64,000 nucleotides of DNA. Origin: Octopus vulgaris (Eukaryota). Shown one piece after another: positions 1 through 13,070 of the stretch (positions within the stretch are counted from its first letter, which is position 1; each line of letters starts with the position of its first letter). The stretch lies in the NCBI GenBank assembly GCA_951406725.2, contig OX597826.1:15934001-15998000 (forward strand). Reading direction: 5' to 3'. A program made the position numbers and the translations under genes. The notes below the pieces were generated by a model. That model was not told the origin of the DNA, did no database searches, and saw only the letters and a program-made list of their open reading frames with translations.

Positions 1-509
1 CTAAAATACCTTGAAGTAAATTTCTCAAAAATAAAGGAAATAAATTAACCATAGAAATAACGTGATAAAGGAAAGGAAGATATAGAAAAAATTTACCATT
101 CGTAAATACAAACGGCATTGCTGTCTTTTGTTTGGACAATAAAGTTCAAATTCAAATGCTGTTTACGTGGCATTTAAAAGACTGCACTTAAAGGAAGTGT
201 TGAATCCATGCTGCATTGTTGCAGTACATAAGAAAAGTTAATGGACGTTAGAGAATTTTGTACAGCCAGATGATGAGGAAGAACATGTAGATATAGTAAG
301 CGAAATTGAGAGAAACAGTGAAAGAATAGGAATAAAAGAGACACAGAGAGAGTTATAGAAGGATGGAGAGATGAGTGAGAAATAGTATAGGAAAAGAAAA
401 ACTATATGAACTTTAGCAATATTCAAGAAGGAATCAAAGGAAAGGAGAGATTGAGCATATATACATCCGTGTGTGTGTGAGGTAATAAGTATATGTGTAT
501 GTGTGTGTG

Positions 510-549
<40 letters not shown>

Positions 550-972
550 ACGTAAATGTATTGATATTTTCCAGATTTTCTTTAGCAGATATCTAATGGC
601 ATTTGTTTGGTGATTTATTGAAATCTACTTAAACATCTTGGCTGATTTACTGGTGTTAGAAAGTTATTTTTTCTTTAAAAGTTCTTTTGTTTATAAAGTT
701 TATGCAATTATGTTTACTTTAATCAAAGCTGTTTGCACTGAGTCATATACATTGCAAATCTGATGTCTGTTTTTTCAGTATAAATAAATTTCAGTTTTGC
801 GTCATGTATATATTTCTACATTCCCGCGTGTATATGCATAGGCATACATTAACTTACACACATGTACTAACACCCTCACAGAGACATCTATTTCCATTCA
901 CCATATATATTTATAAGCACACAGTTTTCTACCAATATACACATATTACAACACACATATATATGTATGCAT

Positions 973-1029
<57 letters not shown>

Positions 1030-1199
1030 TATCTATATATATATATTTAGAAAGTGGATTTGTGTGGGGTGGAAATTAATTTGAAGATTGGGTTGTTATG
1101 GAGAGTTGCTTTGGAGAAATATGTATTGATTAAAATTGAGTTTAAGTTATTATTTATAATTTATGTATGTAGAATATTCTAAGAGGCTATCTACGCAGC

Positions 1200-1270
1200 C
1201 GGTTACTGATGAGAATCCGCCTAGCAAATAATCTTAGTTGCTAAAAAAATTTGAAACCTAGGTATAACCG
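1200..1270 (+). ncRNA. Type I hammerhead ribozyme motif, family A (Penelope-like/retrozyme type)
   Basis: CGGTTA-CTGATGA-[stem II GAAT/ATTT enclosing TAGCAA/TTGCTA hairpin]-GAAA-CCTAGG-TA-TAACCG: perfect 6-bp stem I, intact core, palindromic stem III ACCTAGGT. Confidence 0.85.
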
Positions 1271-1481
1271 CAAAATATAGTAAGGTAAAAAGGTTTTTAT
1301 TTTTCATTTTCTTCGAAAAGTGCTATTAATTTTGGTTTTGGTCGTTTTGGCTGCTTCTTCTAGCATGTAAAAAATACCTGTTAAAGGGTAATTTTATCTT
1401 GTGTTTATATTGAGAATATGTTGTGTATTGAGTATTTATACACGCTAGGTCACTGATGGTGATATTTCTAAGGAATATTCG

Positions 1482-1513
<32 letters not shown>

Positions 1514-1544
1514 TACGTATATATATATATATCTATATATATAT

Positions 1545-1745
1545 AGGGAGAGTTTACGAAAAAAACAAAATACGAAGACAGGTGGTGTACAAAACAAACA
1601 TATGTATTAGTATAACGCTCAGGAATAGAAAAAGTCTTTTAAGTTTCGAGCCTACGCTCGTCTACAGAAAGGGACACAGAAAAAAACAAGGAGAGAAACA
1701 AGGAGAGACAAAAAATATGAGTAGTGGCTAACGATCTATCATGCT
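1545..1745 (-). mobile_element. Penelope-like non-autonomous fragment inside (TA)n, carrying variant HHR
   Basis: Homologous (reverse complement) to 20060-20215; bounded by TA repeats. Confidence 0.6.
1636..1671 (-). ncRNA. Variant hammerhead motif, family B (CUGUAGA core), partly decayed
   Basis: Minus strand CTTT-CTGTAGA-C-GAGC-gtag-GCTC-GAAA-CT-TA-AAAG. Confidence 0.6.
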
Positions 1746-2189
1746 GCCTATATATATATCAGTGCAGTTGAGTGAATAAGTCTAGTGTTGGAGCAGAAGA
1801 GTATATGCATTGATTTTCATTGTTTCATGGGCTTAACTTTAAATCCACTGAAGTAACTGGAAGTAAGGCGTGATTATCGCATATTTTTTAACATTTCTAT
1901 ATAAGTAGGGACCACACAAGAAACAATCCGTTAGAGTTCTGAACGTATACTTGGGTGATATGTTTCTAGTTACTACAGGTCTATTAGTAACTCTATATGT
2001 AAAAGAGATTGGAGAAATGACAACCCGGTTTCTACAGTCTAGAATAATTGGTCCAACTCGACTTCTGTGCCCCACAAATTCAACGAGAACCTTCACTTAG
2101 TCTACGGATTATAATTTACTGAATGTATATTTAGGAATATTTCCATTAGGGTATCAAAACGATCCGTTATTGAAAGGAATTCAAAGATG

Positions 2190-2510
<321 letters not shown>

Positions 2511-2533
2511 GTAGTGGTTAAGATGATGATGAT

Positions 2534-2580
<47 letters not shown>

Positions 2581-2760
2581 CAACAACATCGAAAAATGCC
2601 TTAGGAATGAGAACCCAGGTTTGAAATTTCCCCAAGACACCTGATGAAGGCTGGAGGGTATAGCAGCCGAAATGTTGTGTTAGCAATAAAGAAGATGACG
2701 ACAAATATCCGTCAAATGTAAATAATGTACATAATTCCTCATCTCTTAATTATAGAACTG
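2511..2760 (+). mobile_element. Family C element, right arm (head reduced to A box)
   Basis: GTAGTGGTTAAGA, then (ATA)n, then body ending TATAGAACTG; inverted relative to 2190-2510. Confidence 0.85.
2636..2681 (+). ncRNA. Hammerhead motif family C
   Basis: GACAC-CTGATGA-A-GGCTG-loop-CAGCC-GAAA-TG-TT-GTGTT. Confidence 0.8.
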
Positions 2761-2774
2761 AAATTCAATAATGT

Positions 2775-2967
2775 TTTCTTCAAAATTTAGCACAAAGCAA
2801 GAAGTTCGTGGGTTAGGGTAAATCGATAACATCGATCCCAGTGCTCACTGGTATGTATTTTGTCGACCCCAAAAGGATAAAAACCAAAGTCGACTAGGAA
2901 CATAAAGTTAGACGAAATGCCGTTACGCATACTGCCCGGCGTACTAACGATTCGGTCAGCTCACCAC
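2775..2967 (-). mobile_element. tRNA-derived SINE (Nin/Deu-like core), decayed
   Basis: Reverse complement similar to 63861-64000. Confidence 0.7.
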
Positions 2968-4830
2968 ATTGAAGGACTAATTATAATACCTAATATCATA
3001 AACGAGGGCTTCATGAATATAACATTATCCCACTTTTACAGGCTGAAAGGGAATAAAATCATTTTCCGATACTATAAACCTGTCAGAGACAGCGAAAGTT
3101 TTTGATTAAGCAAATTTACGTGATATTTCGCTGACTGCTCATTTGGTAGCTGTTCTGATTGTTATTATTTTTGGAATTACTAAATCGGCGAGCTGGTCGA
3201 ATCATTAGTACGATATGCAAAGTGTTTAGCGGTAATCATAGTCCAAATGCCCTGAAGCCGACTTCGCATTTCGTTTTGGTACTCTTGTTTTCAAACCATG
3301 TAGGGCAATACTAACGGTGTCTTCCACCTCTAGGATTCCGATGACAACTTCCACTCTTGGAGCTTATAAGTAATACTGGTAGAATGATTTATATTGTGCA
3401 TTATAAGCAGCTGAAGTCCAAACAAAATAAGAAACACATTGCTAACAGATCCTGTCGTGTTGTGTTGCAGCTTTAGTGGTACTTCAGCGTCTAGCAAACA
3501 CTTAACACTAAGCCTGATTTCTGTCTCTGGGTTCTCATCTTCTTTCACGCGCAATTACTTCATCTAAATTTTGCAAGCTATGCACATTTTTCTGTACCAT
3601 ATTCTCCCACATAAAGAGCTCTTAAATAGATATATTGATTCGTGCACTAACTGACACATCACAAGAACTCGATAGACCTTCACATTTTCATTTATCACTC
3701 GCATAATAACGTAAACATAACAGTGATAACACATAGCTATATTTAAGATATTTGCTGAATGGCTACATAAATGTTTGATCGTGAGAAAGATTCTTTCATT
3801 TCCTGAAAGTTGACTAGCATAACTATATATTCAAAACTGCCTTATCACATCATTAGAACATCAAAGTTAATGTGGTATGGTAATCTTCGTAGCTGGCTGA
3901 GAAAAATAAACCGATTGTTATTTTCAATAACCCACATTAACTGAATATTTCAGATAAATGAAGCTGAGCTGGTATGACGCTGTTGATAAAATATATTGGA
4001 CATACCGTCGACCGCAACCGTGAAGTCTTTTACATTGATTATGTAGTAATTCTAACCTTTGAAAATACAGTGATTTTATAAGATCGAATTTTAAAAATAA
4101 ACTAAAAATAATAACAGAATCAACATCAATGAATTGATATCATTAAGTAGTTAAGTGTTCCTGGTTCATAATCTTTAAGAAGCCTTAACGGTAAGCGATC
4201 TTGCTCTTCGTAGTTCATAGTAACTGATTTTGATAGAGATAAGCTATGCATTTGTGGCCAGAAATAACAACGTGACGTCACAGGTGTTGCAGGGTAGCAT
4301 TACTACCTCTATATTTACCTTTCTGTTTAATCGTATATACAGAACAGTTTCTTCCCTCTTCATAAAAAAGTGGTAAGTCGGTTCGCTACATCTATTTAAA
4401 CGCATGTATATATAAATATGTGCATGCAAACATATACACACCTGTGTGTGCGTGTGTGATTGTGTGCGCGCGTGTGCGTGTGTTTGTGTGGGTGTATGTT
4501 TGTGTATATAAGGATAGGGTTAAAATCCAAGCTGTGACCTCTTCAAGTATATCTGCTTATTCCAATCCTTCGGAGTAGTTCGTAGATGTTATATTTGTGT
4601 GATTCATGCATAAGAACTGAAATCCTTGCAAAAGTGTAAACATCAGAGTAATTATATATCATTTATTCCTCATTTCTCCTATTTCATTTGCCAATAGGAG
4701 TTACAGACTTCTCCATCTGGGAGAAATATCTAATATTATCTTACATGTACGACTCTGTAACTCCTGTCAGCGAATGAAACACTTGAAATTATTACTAATA
4801 CTTAAATATTGTTTCAGGTTTCTTGTTTCG

Positions 4831-4891
<61 letters not shown>

Positions 4892-4894
4892 TAA

Positions 4895-4948
<54 letters not shown>

Positions 4949-5623
4949 ACATATATACATATATATATAGAGAGAGACCCTCCTATGACACACCTACACC
5001 TGTACATATACAAACATATGCACCAGACACAGTCTTACACTCATAGTCATACATATACACACAAGTACACATTCACACAATTAGAAAGGAAAAATTGAAA
5101 AAATATATATAAAAAAAATAAAATATTTAAAATTACAAATTAATGAAAGTTAAAACATATGGAAAAGCTTGTGCAGGAACATTGTAAAAATGTTGATTCT
5201 AGCCGTGTTTTGGTGGGGCCGGAAACCGTAACAGATATTGTGTGACATATGGAAATGATTGCAAAACTTCAGTTCTTCGATTGAGACATGTAGTGGGGTT
5301 CAATGAACTTTTCCAGATGAGCCGTCTTTCCATATTAGAAAGGCCGCACTTGCCTCTAACGTTGGTATAAAGTTTACACTTGGCTAAGATCTTCCAGTAA
5401 ATCATGTAGGTGACACCTTGTTCTTTTAAGAACCATATATAATTGGATAATTATATATACGTATAAATGTCTAAACATATATGCATTATGTCACGTGGAT
5501 GCAAACACCTATGTGTATTTAAGGATGAGGTTGCGTACTGTTTGTTCTAAATTATAACATATATAAATAATCCTCTATTTTTCTAATTTCGCGGTTACTA
5601 CTTCTGTTACTACTTTTTATTAG

Positions 5624-5664
<41 letters not shown>

Positions 5665-5668
<4 letters not shown>

Positions 5669-6946
5669 TACCGGCAATTGCTAGAAATAAGAGTAAAAGA
5701 AAATAACTCGAATAGCTACACAAAGCACTAACCTCATGAATTGATGGAAAGTGAGGGAGCGACCTAGATCATATTTATATAGCACGATAAACTCACAAAA
5801 TGAAGTAAACAGACATAATCTTATCACGTGGTTTCGAACTCTGATTATTATAATCTTAGTTTCTCATCAGAGGGTCTTACTGATATTCCGGTTTAAAATG
5901 GGTAGTTCGCCTCGTACAACTCATGAGAAAAACCGTTATCCGGTTAAAGTGTAAAGTGTAAATACAATAAGAATTAGTATATCAAATTATTAAAATATGT
6001 TAAATACATTATAACACAGGTGACCCGTTAGCAATTATAACCTACAGGCAAGTTAATAAACAAAAGTAAACATTAGTACCGGCAGTTGCTAGAAAAAAAG
6101 AGTAAAAAATAAACCTGCTCGAATAGTTACACAAAGCACTAACCTCATGAATTGGGGGAAAGTGAGGGACCGATTTACAACAACTCTCCATGATGAGATA
6201 AACTCAGAAAATGAAATATTCAGACATATCGTTACCATGTGATTTTGAAACGTCATCATTATAACCTTAGTTTGCATCAGAGGATCTTACTGATACTCCA
6301 GGTTAAAAGGAGTTGGGCGTCACGTGCAACACATGAGAAAAAGTTTTGAAAGCCAGCGCTAACTTAAAAACGGTGAAGGAGTATGTCAACTCATGAGTCT
6401 AATGCTGTGTGTGACCATTCGAACCGGTTTTGTGTTCACTCTTATTTCCAGCAATTACCGGTACTTATTTGTACCCTTGTTCATTTACTTACCTTTAGGT
6501 TTTAATTGCTAATGGGCCACCTATATTATGATGTATTTAATATTTTTAATATATTAATATATTATAATATCTTATTGTATTTATACTATAAGTTTGAGCG
6601 TTTTGAATTTAGCGCTGGCTTTCAACTGTTTTTCTCATGAGTATCTCAGGCGGGATGCTCTTTTTTATTCCGGAGTATTAGTAAGATCTTCTCATGAGAA
6701 CTAAGGTTATAATGATTAGAGATCCAAATCACGTGATAAGGTTATGTCTGTTTACTTATTTTTGTAAGTTTGTCTCACCATGGAGAGGTGCTTTAGATCG
6801 CTCCCTCGCTTTCCCTCAATCCATGAGGTTAGTGCTTTGTGTGGCTATGCGAGTCCTTTCTTTTTTATTTTGAATCTTATTTCTAGCAATTGCCGGTATT
6901 AATGTATACCGTTGTTTCTTAACTTGGCTTGAGGTTTTAATTGCTA
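5665..6946. repeat. ~408-bp HHR-bearing monomer (family D): two direct copies then an inverted copy
   Basis: TTAGTACCGGCA at 5665 and 6073; reverse-complement copy ~6436-6946. Confidence 0.9.
5817..5875 (-). ncRNA. Hammerhead motif family D (best copy; decayed copies 6228-6285 minus, 6686-6743 plus)
   Basis: CTGATGA-GAAAC...GTTC-GAAA-CCACGTGA-TA; three-copy consensus ATCCT-CTGATGA-GAAC..GTTC-GAAA-TCACGTGA-TA-AGG(A/T)T. Confidence 0.75.
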
Positions 6947-7244
6947 TGTATCGTTACTTGGGATATTTGGTTGTTATACCACTGAAGCAGAGCGAAATCA
7001 CGTTAGCTGGTTGACGGTTATCATGTGTCATCCATATAAATGCAAGTGCTTTTATGCACAACGGCTCCAAATAAGAGTTCTTAAGGTAAGTAAAACAGTA
7101 TTCTGTATTGTAACTCAGCCTCCACGTTGTGTTGAGGATAGGATTGACTTTATATGCATGTACACACACAAATGCACGCACAAACATATCTATATCTATA
7201 TACATACATATATATGTGAATATATACATATATATGTATGTATG

Positions 7245-7318
<74 letters not shown>

Positions 7319-7404
7319 TTATTTGAGGGAATAAAATCCAAACTTACGAGGAAAAAGAATTCAATTTTGAAATACTAAATCAAATTTCACACAATATAAT
7401 ATAT

Positions 7405-7566
7405 ATATAAAATATTAGAAAAAAACACCTTTTATCAATTCAAAATGAATAAAAATTGCACGCATCTAGAAAATTACATATAATAGAAAACTTTTCTATT
7501 ATATGTAATTTTCTAGATGGTGTAATTTAATCATTCATTTTGAATTGATAAAAGGTTTTATTTTTC

Positions 7567-7580
<14 letters not shown>
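7405..7580. repeat. AT-rich palindrome
   Basis: Perfect 28-bp arms 7463-7490 and 7492-7519 around a 1-nt spacer; imperfect arms extend to ~85 bp. Confidence 0.9.
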
Positions 7581-7614
<34 letters not shown>

Positions 7615-8545
7615 TGCATGTGTGTATGTTTGCGCGAGTTGTGCATATTTATGAAGGACATCACAATATCCGCTCGTGACAAAATTTATATCTATCATCC
7701 ATGTCACAAATCGGGTTTAAAAATAGAAAACAACAGCAATACCAGTCAACATATTTAGGTTACCTTCTTCATTCTCAGATGTTCCTTTGAATAATCACCT
7801 TTATTGCTTAATGTATCAATACAAAATATATTTATCCGAATTTTTCCCCTAATAACATTCTCAATTCAAAACGAATACATTGAAAATTACAAAGCAACCA
7901 AAATTATTCAAAAATGCACTCAATACAAATACTGTTGATTCAAATAGTAATGGTTCTGATGATAACTATGAGGACGACATTAATAACAAAAAAAAATTAT
8001 TATAACGAGTGTAAAATTATTATAAATATAAAATTCTACGATATATGAATGATGAGACACGCATTTAATCTGAAGTATACATTTTTGATTTCAGCTTTGA
8101 AATTATGTATCCCCAGATATTGAAAACATATTGGGATTATTGACAAAAAAATGAAGATGAAAGACATACTGAATGAATAAGATGATTGAAAAGATTCTAG
8201 TTCAAAATATCTGGCTGAAGAAACAAACGTGATTATATTATTAAAGAAGGCTTTGATGTGACTTCTTACGTGAATAACTCCGTTAAGTATGGTATTGATA
8301 CGGTTTAAAAGGTAATACACTATTGCATAGCTTTTATTTCGCTAACTCTTTATCATCTATCTCCCCATATATATATATATATATAAATGTGTGTGTGTGT
8401 GTGTATGTATGTGTGTGTTTACACATATATTTGTTTATTAGCGTGTGCTTAAATATGTTTCCGTCTATCTATCTATCTATTTATCTATCTTTTTATCGAT
8501 CTCTCTATCTCTCTATCTGTCTGTCTATCTGTCTGTCTGGTTGCT

Positions 8546-8588
<43 letters not shown>

Positions 8589-8627
8589 TATATATATATA
8601 TATATATATACATAAAAATAACTTGTC

Positions 8628-8678
<51 letters not shown>

Positions 8679-8698
8679 GTATACACACATGTATATAA

Positions 8699-8733
<35 letters not shown>

Positions 8734-8752
8734 GTATACACACATGTATATA

Positions 8753-8796
<44 letters not shown>

Positions 8797-8937
8797 TCGG
8801 GAGTTGCTGTGTGGTAGGTAGCTTGCTTACCAACCACATGGATTACGGGTTCAGCCCCAATACGTTTCACCTTGGACAAGTCTTCTACTATAGACTTGTG
8901 AGTGGATTTGATGGATGGAAACTGAAAGAAGCCCGTA
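8797..8937 (+). mobile_element. tRNA-derived SINE, second family, partial
   Basis: GCTGTGTGGTAG...GGGTTCAGCCCC...CCTTGGACAAGTC...GAAACTGAAAGAAGCCCGT; homologous to minus copy at 20230-20397. Confidence 0.75.
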
Positions 8938-9386
8938 GTATATATATATATATGTGTGTGTGTGTATGTATGTATACTAGACTCATCGTGACCTGTTAGT
9001 TCACCTGGAAAATCTGAGTTTTCCAGCAACACAGTTTTGTTTCTTGTTTATATTTCTATTTTCCAGGTTATTTCTCAACGAACATCACATAGAAATCACG
9101 TGTGAACGGCTCCTTTCCCAGAAAATGAAATATTTGGCGGCTATTTCTTGCATGCCCTACTACCATATATCAGGTATATCGGTCGTTTATCGCAAATAGA
9201 TGTTACGTGGTAGCAGGGATTGCTACAAATAGCAGCCAAATCTCTGGAGCTGAGATGCGTTGAATTCACTTGAAAAACGTTTCGTAATTGTATTCCCCTG
9301 GAGCGATCTTTCGCTGTGACAGAACTGTCGGTTTGACTCTAACAACTGTCATCCGGATCACCTAGTTTTGTTCGTTAATTACCGTT

Positions 9387-9495
9387 AAAGATATTCATTT
9401 ATTTACTTTTGTTTTATAGTCAAAGACAGGTAAATGTGAAAGATGTATGAACGTGTATATGAAATGGACGTTTATGTTTGTGTGTGTGTGAGAGA

Positions 9496-9536
<41 letters not shown>

Positions 9537-9815
9537 CCATACAAGAGAGCACGCACGTTTACTCACCCTCTCTTCCACACACACTAACATGCACGCGTAC
9601 ATACAAAAAAGATGTACGCATATGTATTGTTGTATGTACGTATACATGACAACACCCCCTCACTCACTCTCTCTTTCTCTCTCACTTTTTCTCTCTTCCT
9701 CTCTCTCTCTTTCTCGCTTTCACTCACACACACGTCCATTTCATATACACTTACATAGATGTTTGACATTCTCCTCTCCTTAACTTTAAAACAAAAGCAA
9801 ATAAATATAATCTTT
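9387..9815. mobile_element. Fold-back/MITE-like element with long imperfect inverted arms
   Basis: GTGTATATGAAATGGACGT versus ACGTCCATTTCATATACAC with flanking similarity; (GA)n/(TC)n mirrored. Confidence 0.7.
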
Positions 9816-11567
9816 TTATGGAAATAAACGACTTGAAAATATTTTTAAAAATCATGAAAAAATTTTCTATTTAAAGAAAGCTAAAATATAAATACTGTAC
9901 AAACAACTTACATTTTTGAAATCACATAGAGTTAAAACTATTTCTAAATGATTAAAATAGTGTGAACGTGAAAAAGTCGAATTTTTTTCTTAAAGAGCAC
10001 GATGACTATGTGTGTGTATATGTCGCAGATAACGGACGTGTGTTTTTGTTGATTGACTGGCCATGACATTCATTATATGTGTGTGTAATCTGTATGTGTG
10101 TATGCGTGTTGTCACGGAAGCATGTTTTTTTTTGTCAAGAAATAACACAAACATTGTGTTTACTCGATTTCATTAATAAATAGCGGTCCAAATTTCTCAA
10201 AGATTTGTACTGCACTGCCGAAGTTAGGTATGAAAATAAATATGGAAGCAAAAAAGTTGAAATATACTGTTTCTGAGATATTTCGGGTACACATAAACGT
10301 CCCTAGAGACTTAGTATCATTAAGAAGTGCGCATGTGTGTGTGTGGTGTGTGAGTGTGTGTATGCAAAGAAATAAAATGCAAGATGTGTGAGGCATCTGA
10401 AGAGATACAAAATGAAAAATCTACAACAGTAGATCTTGTCAACTCCAAAGAACTGAAGCTAAAGCAGAACCAGAGAGCTATCTAGAACTCTGGCAGCACA
10501 GTGTGCCTCCCTAGATTTAGCCAATGACTCGTGAGAAGTCTTATACTAGATTGTTTTGCGTAATATGATTCCATCTTACTTCGTTTTTGATCTTCAGTCC
10601 TATAAGTGATTTTCGCAATTCTTGTGTTACTATTTTCATCATATTCTGCTTCAATAGTCACATGATTTTTTTTATTATACACAATTAATGATAGTTAAGA
10701 TTGGAAACATGTTTCCTCACAGGCTCTCACTGATATTATTTTGTGTAGCTTATTATTGTGGAGCGTATAAAACTTTAGTGGAATGATGCAATTTTCAAAA
10801 TTTGGTCGAGCATTAAATCAATGTTGGAAGTTTAATTGTTTCTTTGCCGAAAGCTGAGATGGGATTTTATTTGGCGGGTAATATATAAGCCATCGAAATC
10901 TCGTAAGGCTGACATTTAAATTCCAAGTGTATGATCGGAATAGTGGAACACTGTTAGAACAAATCCATACTTAAAATGAACGAGTGATTGCATCGTTTGA
11001 AAAAAGAAATCGATGGAACCTTTTCATTTTAATGCGCGATATTTCTAAAAATACTAGATCCTCATTCGTTAAAGTGTACCATTTGTAATTACGAAAGGAT
11101 TCGTTTGTAACACAATAGAGATATGAACAAAAAAGTATTAATATGAACAATAAAGACTAAATCATTATTGTGAAATTAATTAGATAACATTATTTTTAGG
11201 ATACTGACTTAATGATACTTCTTATTTTTTTGTTATTGTTTCCCGTCTATTTTTTTATTGCTTTTAGAAAATTACTGGGATGTGGGTGAATATCAGAATT
11301 AACAAAGCGATGAACACTTTCGGTCTTAAGATCAAAATTTATATTGTTAATTTAACCTTTTGTCTATCTGAGATAAATAAAATAAACATTCTACGTGTAT
11401 ATTGTAGTTTATTTCATAATCAAGGCATCTCAAAAAAAAAGCGGCGTTTGTTCTAATACAAGTAATTGATTTCGTTCTTTTTTTAATGTGTTCTTCGTAA
11501 CAACTATTCTGTAATTTTCTTTTGATATTCTCTAATCCTTTTGTTCTTTCGAATATATTTCTACAAA

Positions 11568-11585
11568 AACAACAACAACAACAAA

Positions 11586-11639
<54 letters not shown>

Positions 11640-11690
11640 AACTACTACTACTACTGTTCTTCCTCCTGTTGCTGCTGCTGCTACAGCTAT
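11568..11690. repeat. Compound (CAA)/(CTA)/(CTG) microsatellite
   Basis: Direct inspection. Confidence 0.95.
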
Positions 11691-12379
11691 TACCATAACT
11701 GCGGCTACTATGTGCAATATTATCGCTGAAATTTCACATTTAGGAAAATGACCTTCCTTCCAGTAGCGCACAATAGATGCTTGAAGGGAATATGACAGTT
11801 AAATCCGTTAATAATCTACCAAACTTTAAATGAAGATTCGAAATTGATGCACAGGTTTCTGAACATTTTGTTGTATTACTTGCCAGAAATTTTTAGCCAT
11901 GTTACCTGCATGTCTGCAATGGGGGATAGGGACGTACCAAATGCGCCAAATCAACATTGAAGACAGAATTTAAGAGTTATAACATCATGGTACTTCAACT
12001 GATATAAGATAATTAGACCTATCAGATACGTAAAAATCTGTATAAGTCAATGTAACAAAAATTGTTGGACTCTATACGACGTACGAAGTCCACAATGAAA
12101 AATATGACTTCACTCTATATCGGGCACAGATGTATATAAATCGAGGTCTCAATCAAATGTAATGAAAAAATAGGTGAAACATTTAACAGAAATTTTTCGC
12201 TCAATTTTCACAAGTTGTTAAAGTAACTTTTTCTCTATTGTACCAATTCATTTTAGTCTTCTTCAGACAGGCACATAATTGTTTTCAAGCGCAATCAATG
12301 TACTTCGTTAGCGTTCTTGACATAGGAGTTGTGCAGACTTTTCGGTTTTTCTGAAGGCTAGATGCCTCATATAGAGACA

Positions 12380-13070
12380 ATTCTGACAAGGCCTCTGGTA
12401 TAGACCGGAGATGCGAAGTTTAAGGAAAATAAACCACTGACGAGAATCACAAAGAAGTAGATAAATTTATTCATGCTGGCAGAAATGACGAGATGTGAAC
12501 TTGCTGCAGAATTGCATTGGGATCTTTTCGGTTTGAACGGCAGTTTTTTAAAATAATTTACACGTAACTAAACACATTTAAACTTCGTATACTGGTAGAA
12601 TGTGTTTATAAAACATCTTTCTCTCTTGGCTTTATTGATAAAATTCTATAGTTTGTAAGATATTTGTTGTTTTGTTTCTTCTATTTCTGCAATTTCAACC
12701 AATCAATGACATTTATTGAAGTGAAAACATTCTGTGCCGTATGAATATGTCCATCGTTTAAGAAACAGGTTGGCTTTATTTATATTTCTGAAGAAAAAAA
12801 GATACCCTTCCCCCCACCCGTAACCCTAACCCTAATCCTAACCATAACCCTAACTAACGCTAACCCTAAAACAGATTGAAATGCAATAGGTCGATACTAG
12901 GGTCATAATTATGGTTGACAATTTCATGTGATACCGCTAGAAAAAATTGCCGTTCAAACCGAAAAGATCCTTGCATTGTGGTCACAATACATTATAGAAG
13001 ATGGAGAAATACTGGTTTTCGGGAAGTGTGTGTATTGTGAGTTCCCCGGCACTTGACCACCGAGTGAAAT
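12380..13070 (+). pseudogene. Decayed mariner transposase fragment interrupted by a MITE
   Basis: ELAAELH...GF.KVC..*VPRHLT (WVPxxL-like motif) resumes across the insertion. Confidence 0.5.
12520..12970. mobile_element. 451-bp MITE with GG-starting TIRs and 8-bp TSD (Merlin-like or hAT), internal telomeric repeats
   Basis: TIRs GGATCTTTTCGGTTTGAACGGCA / TGCCGTTCAAACCGAAAAGATCC; TSD TTGCATTG at 12512-12519 and 12971-12978; (CCCTAA)-like run 12821-12870. Confidence 0.9.

Noticed and set aside
240-360. Acidic open stretch (QPDDEEEHVDIV..)
   Set aside because: Short, bounded by stops, unassignable
3330-3554. 74-aa non-repetitive ORF
   Set aside because: No recognisable domain, non-ATG start, no clear splice context
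12821-12870. True telomere or chromosome-fusion site
   Set aside because: Short, degenerate and internal to a MITE with TSD
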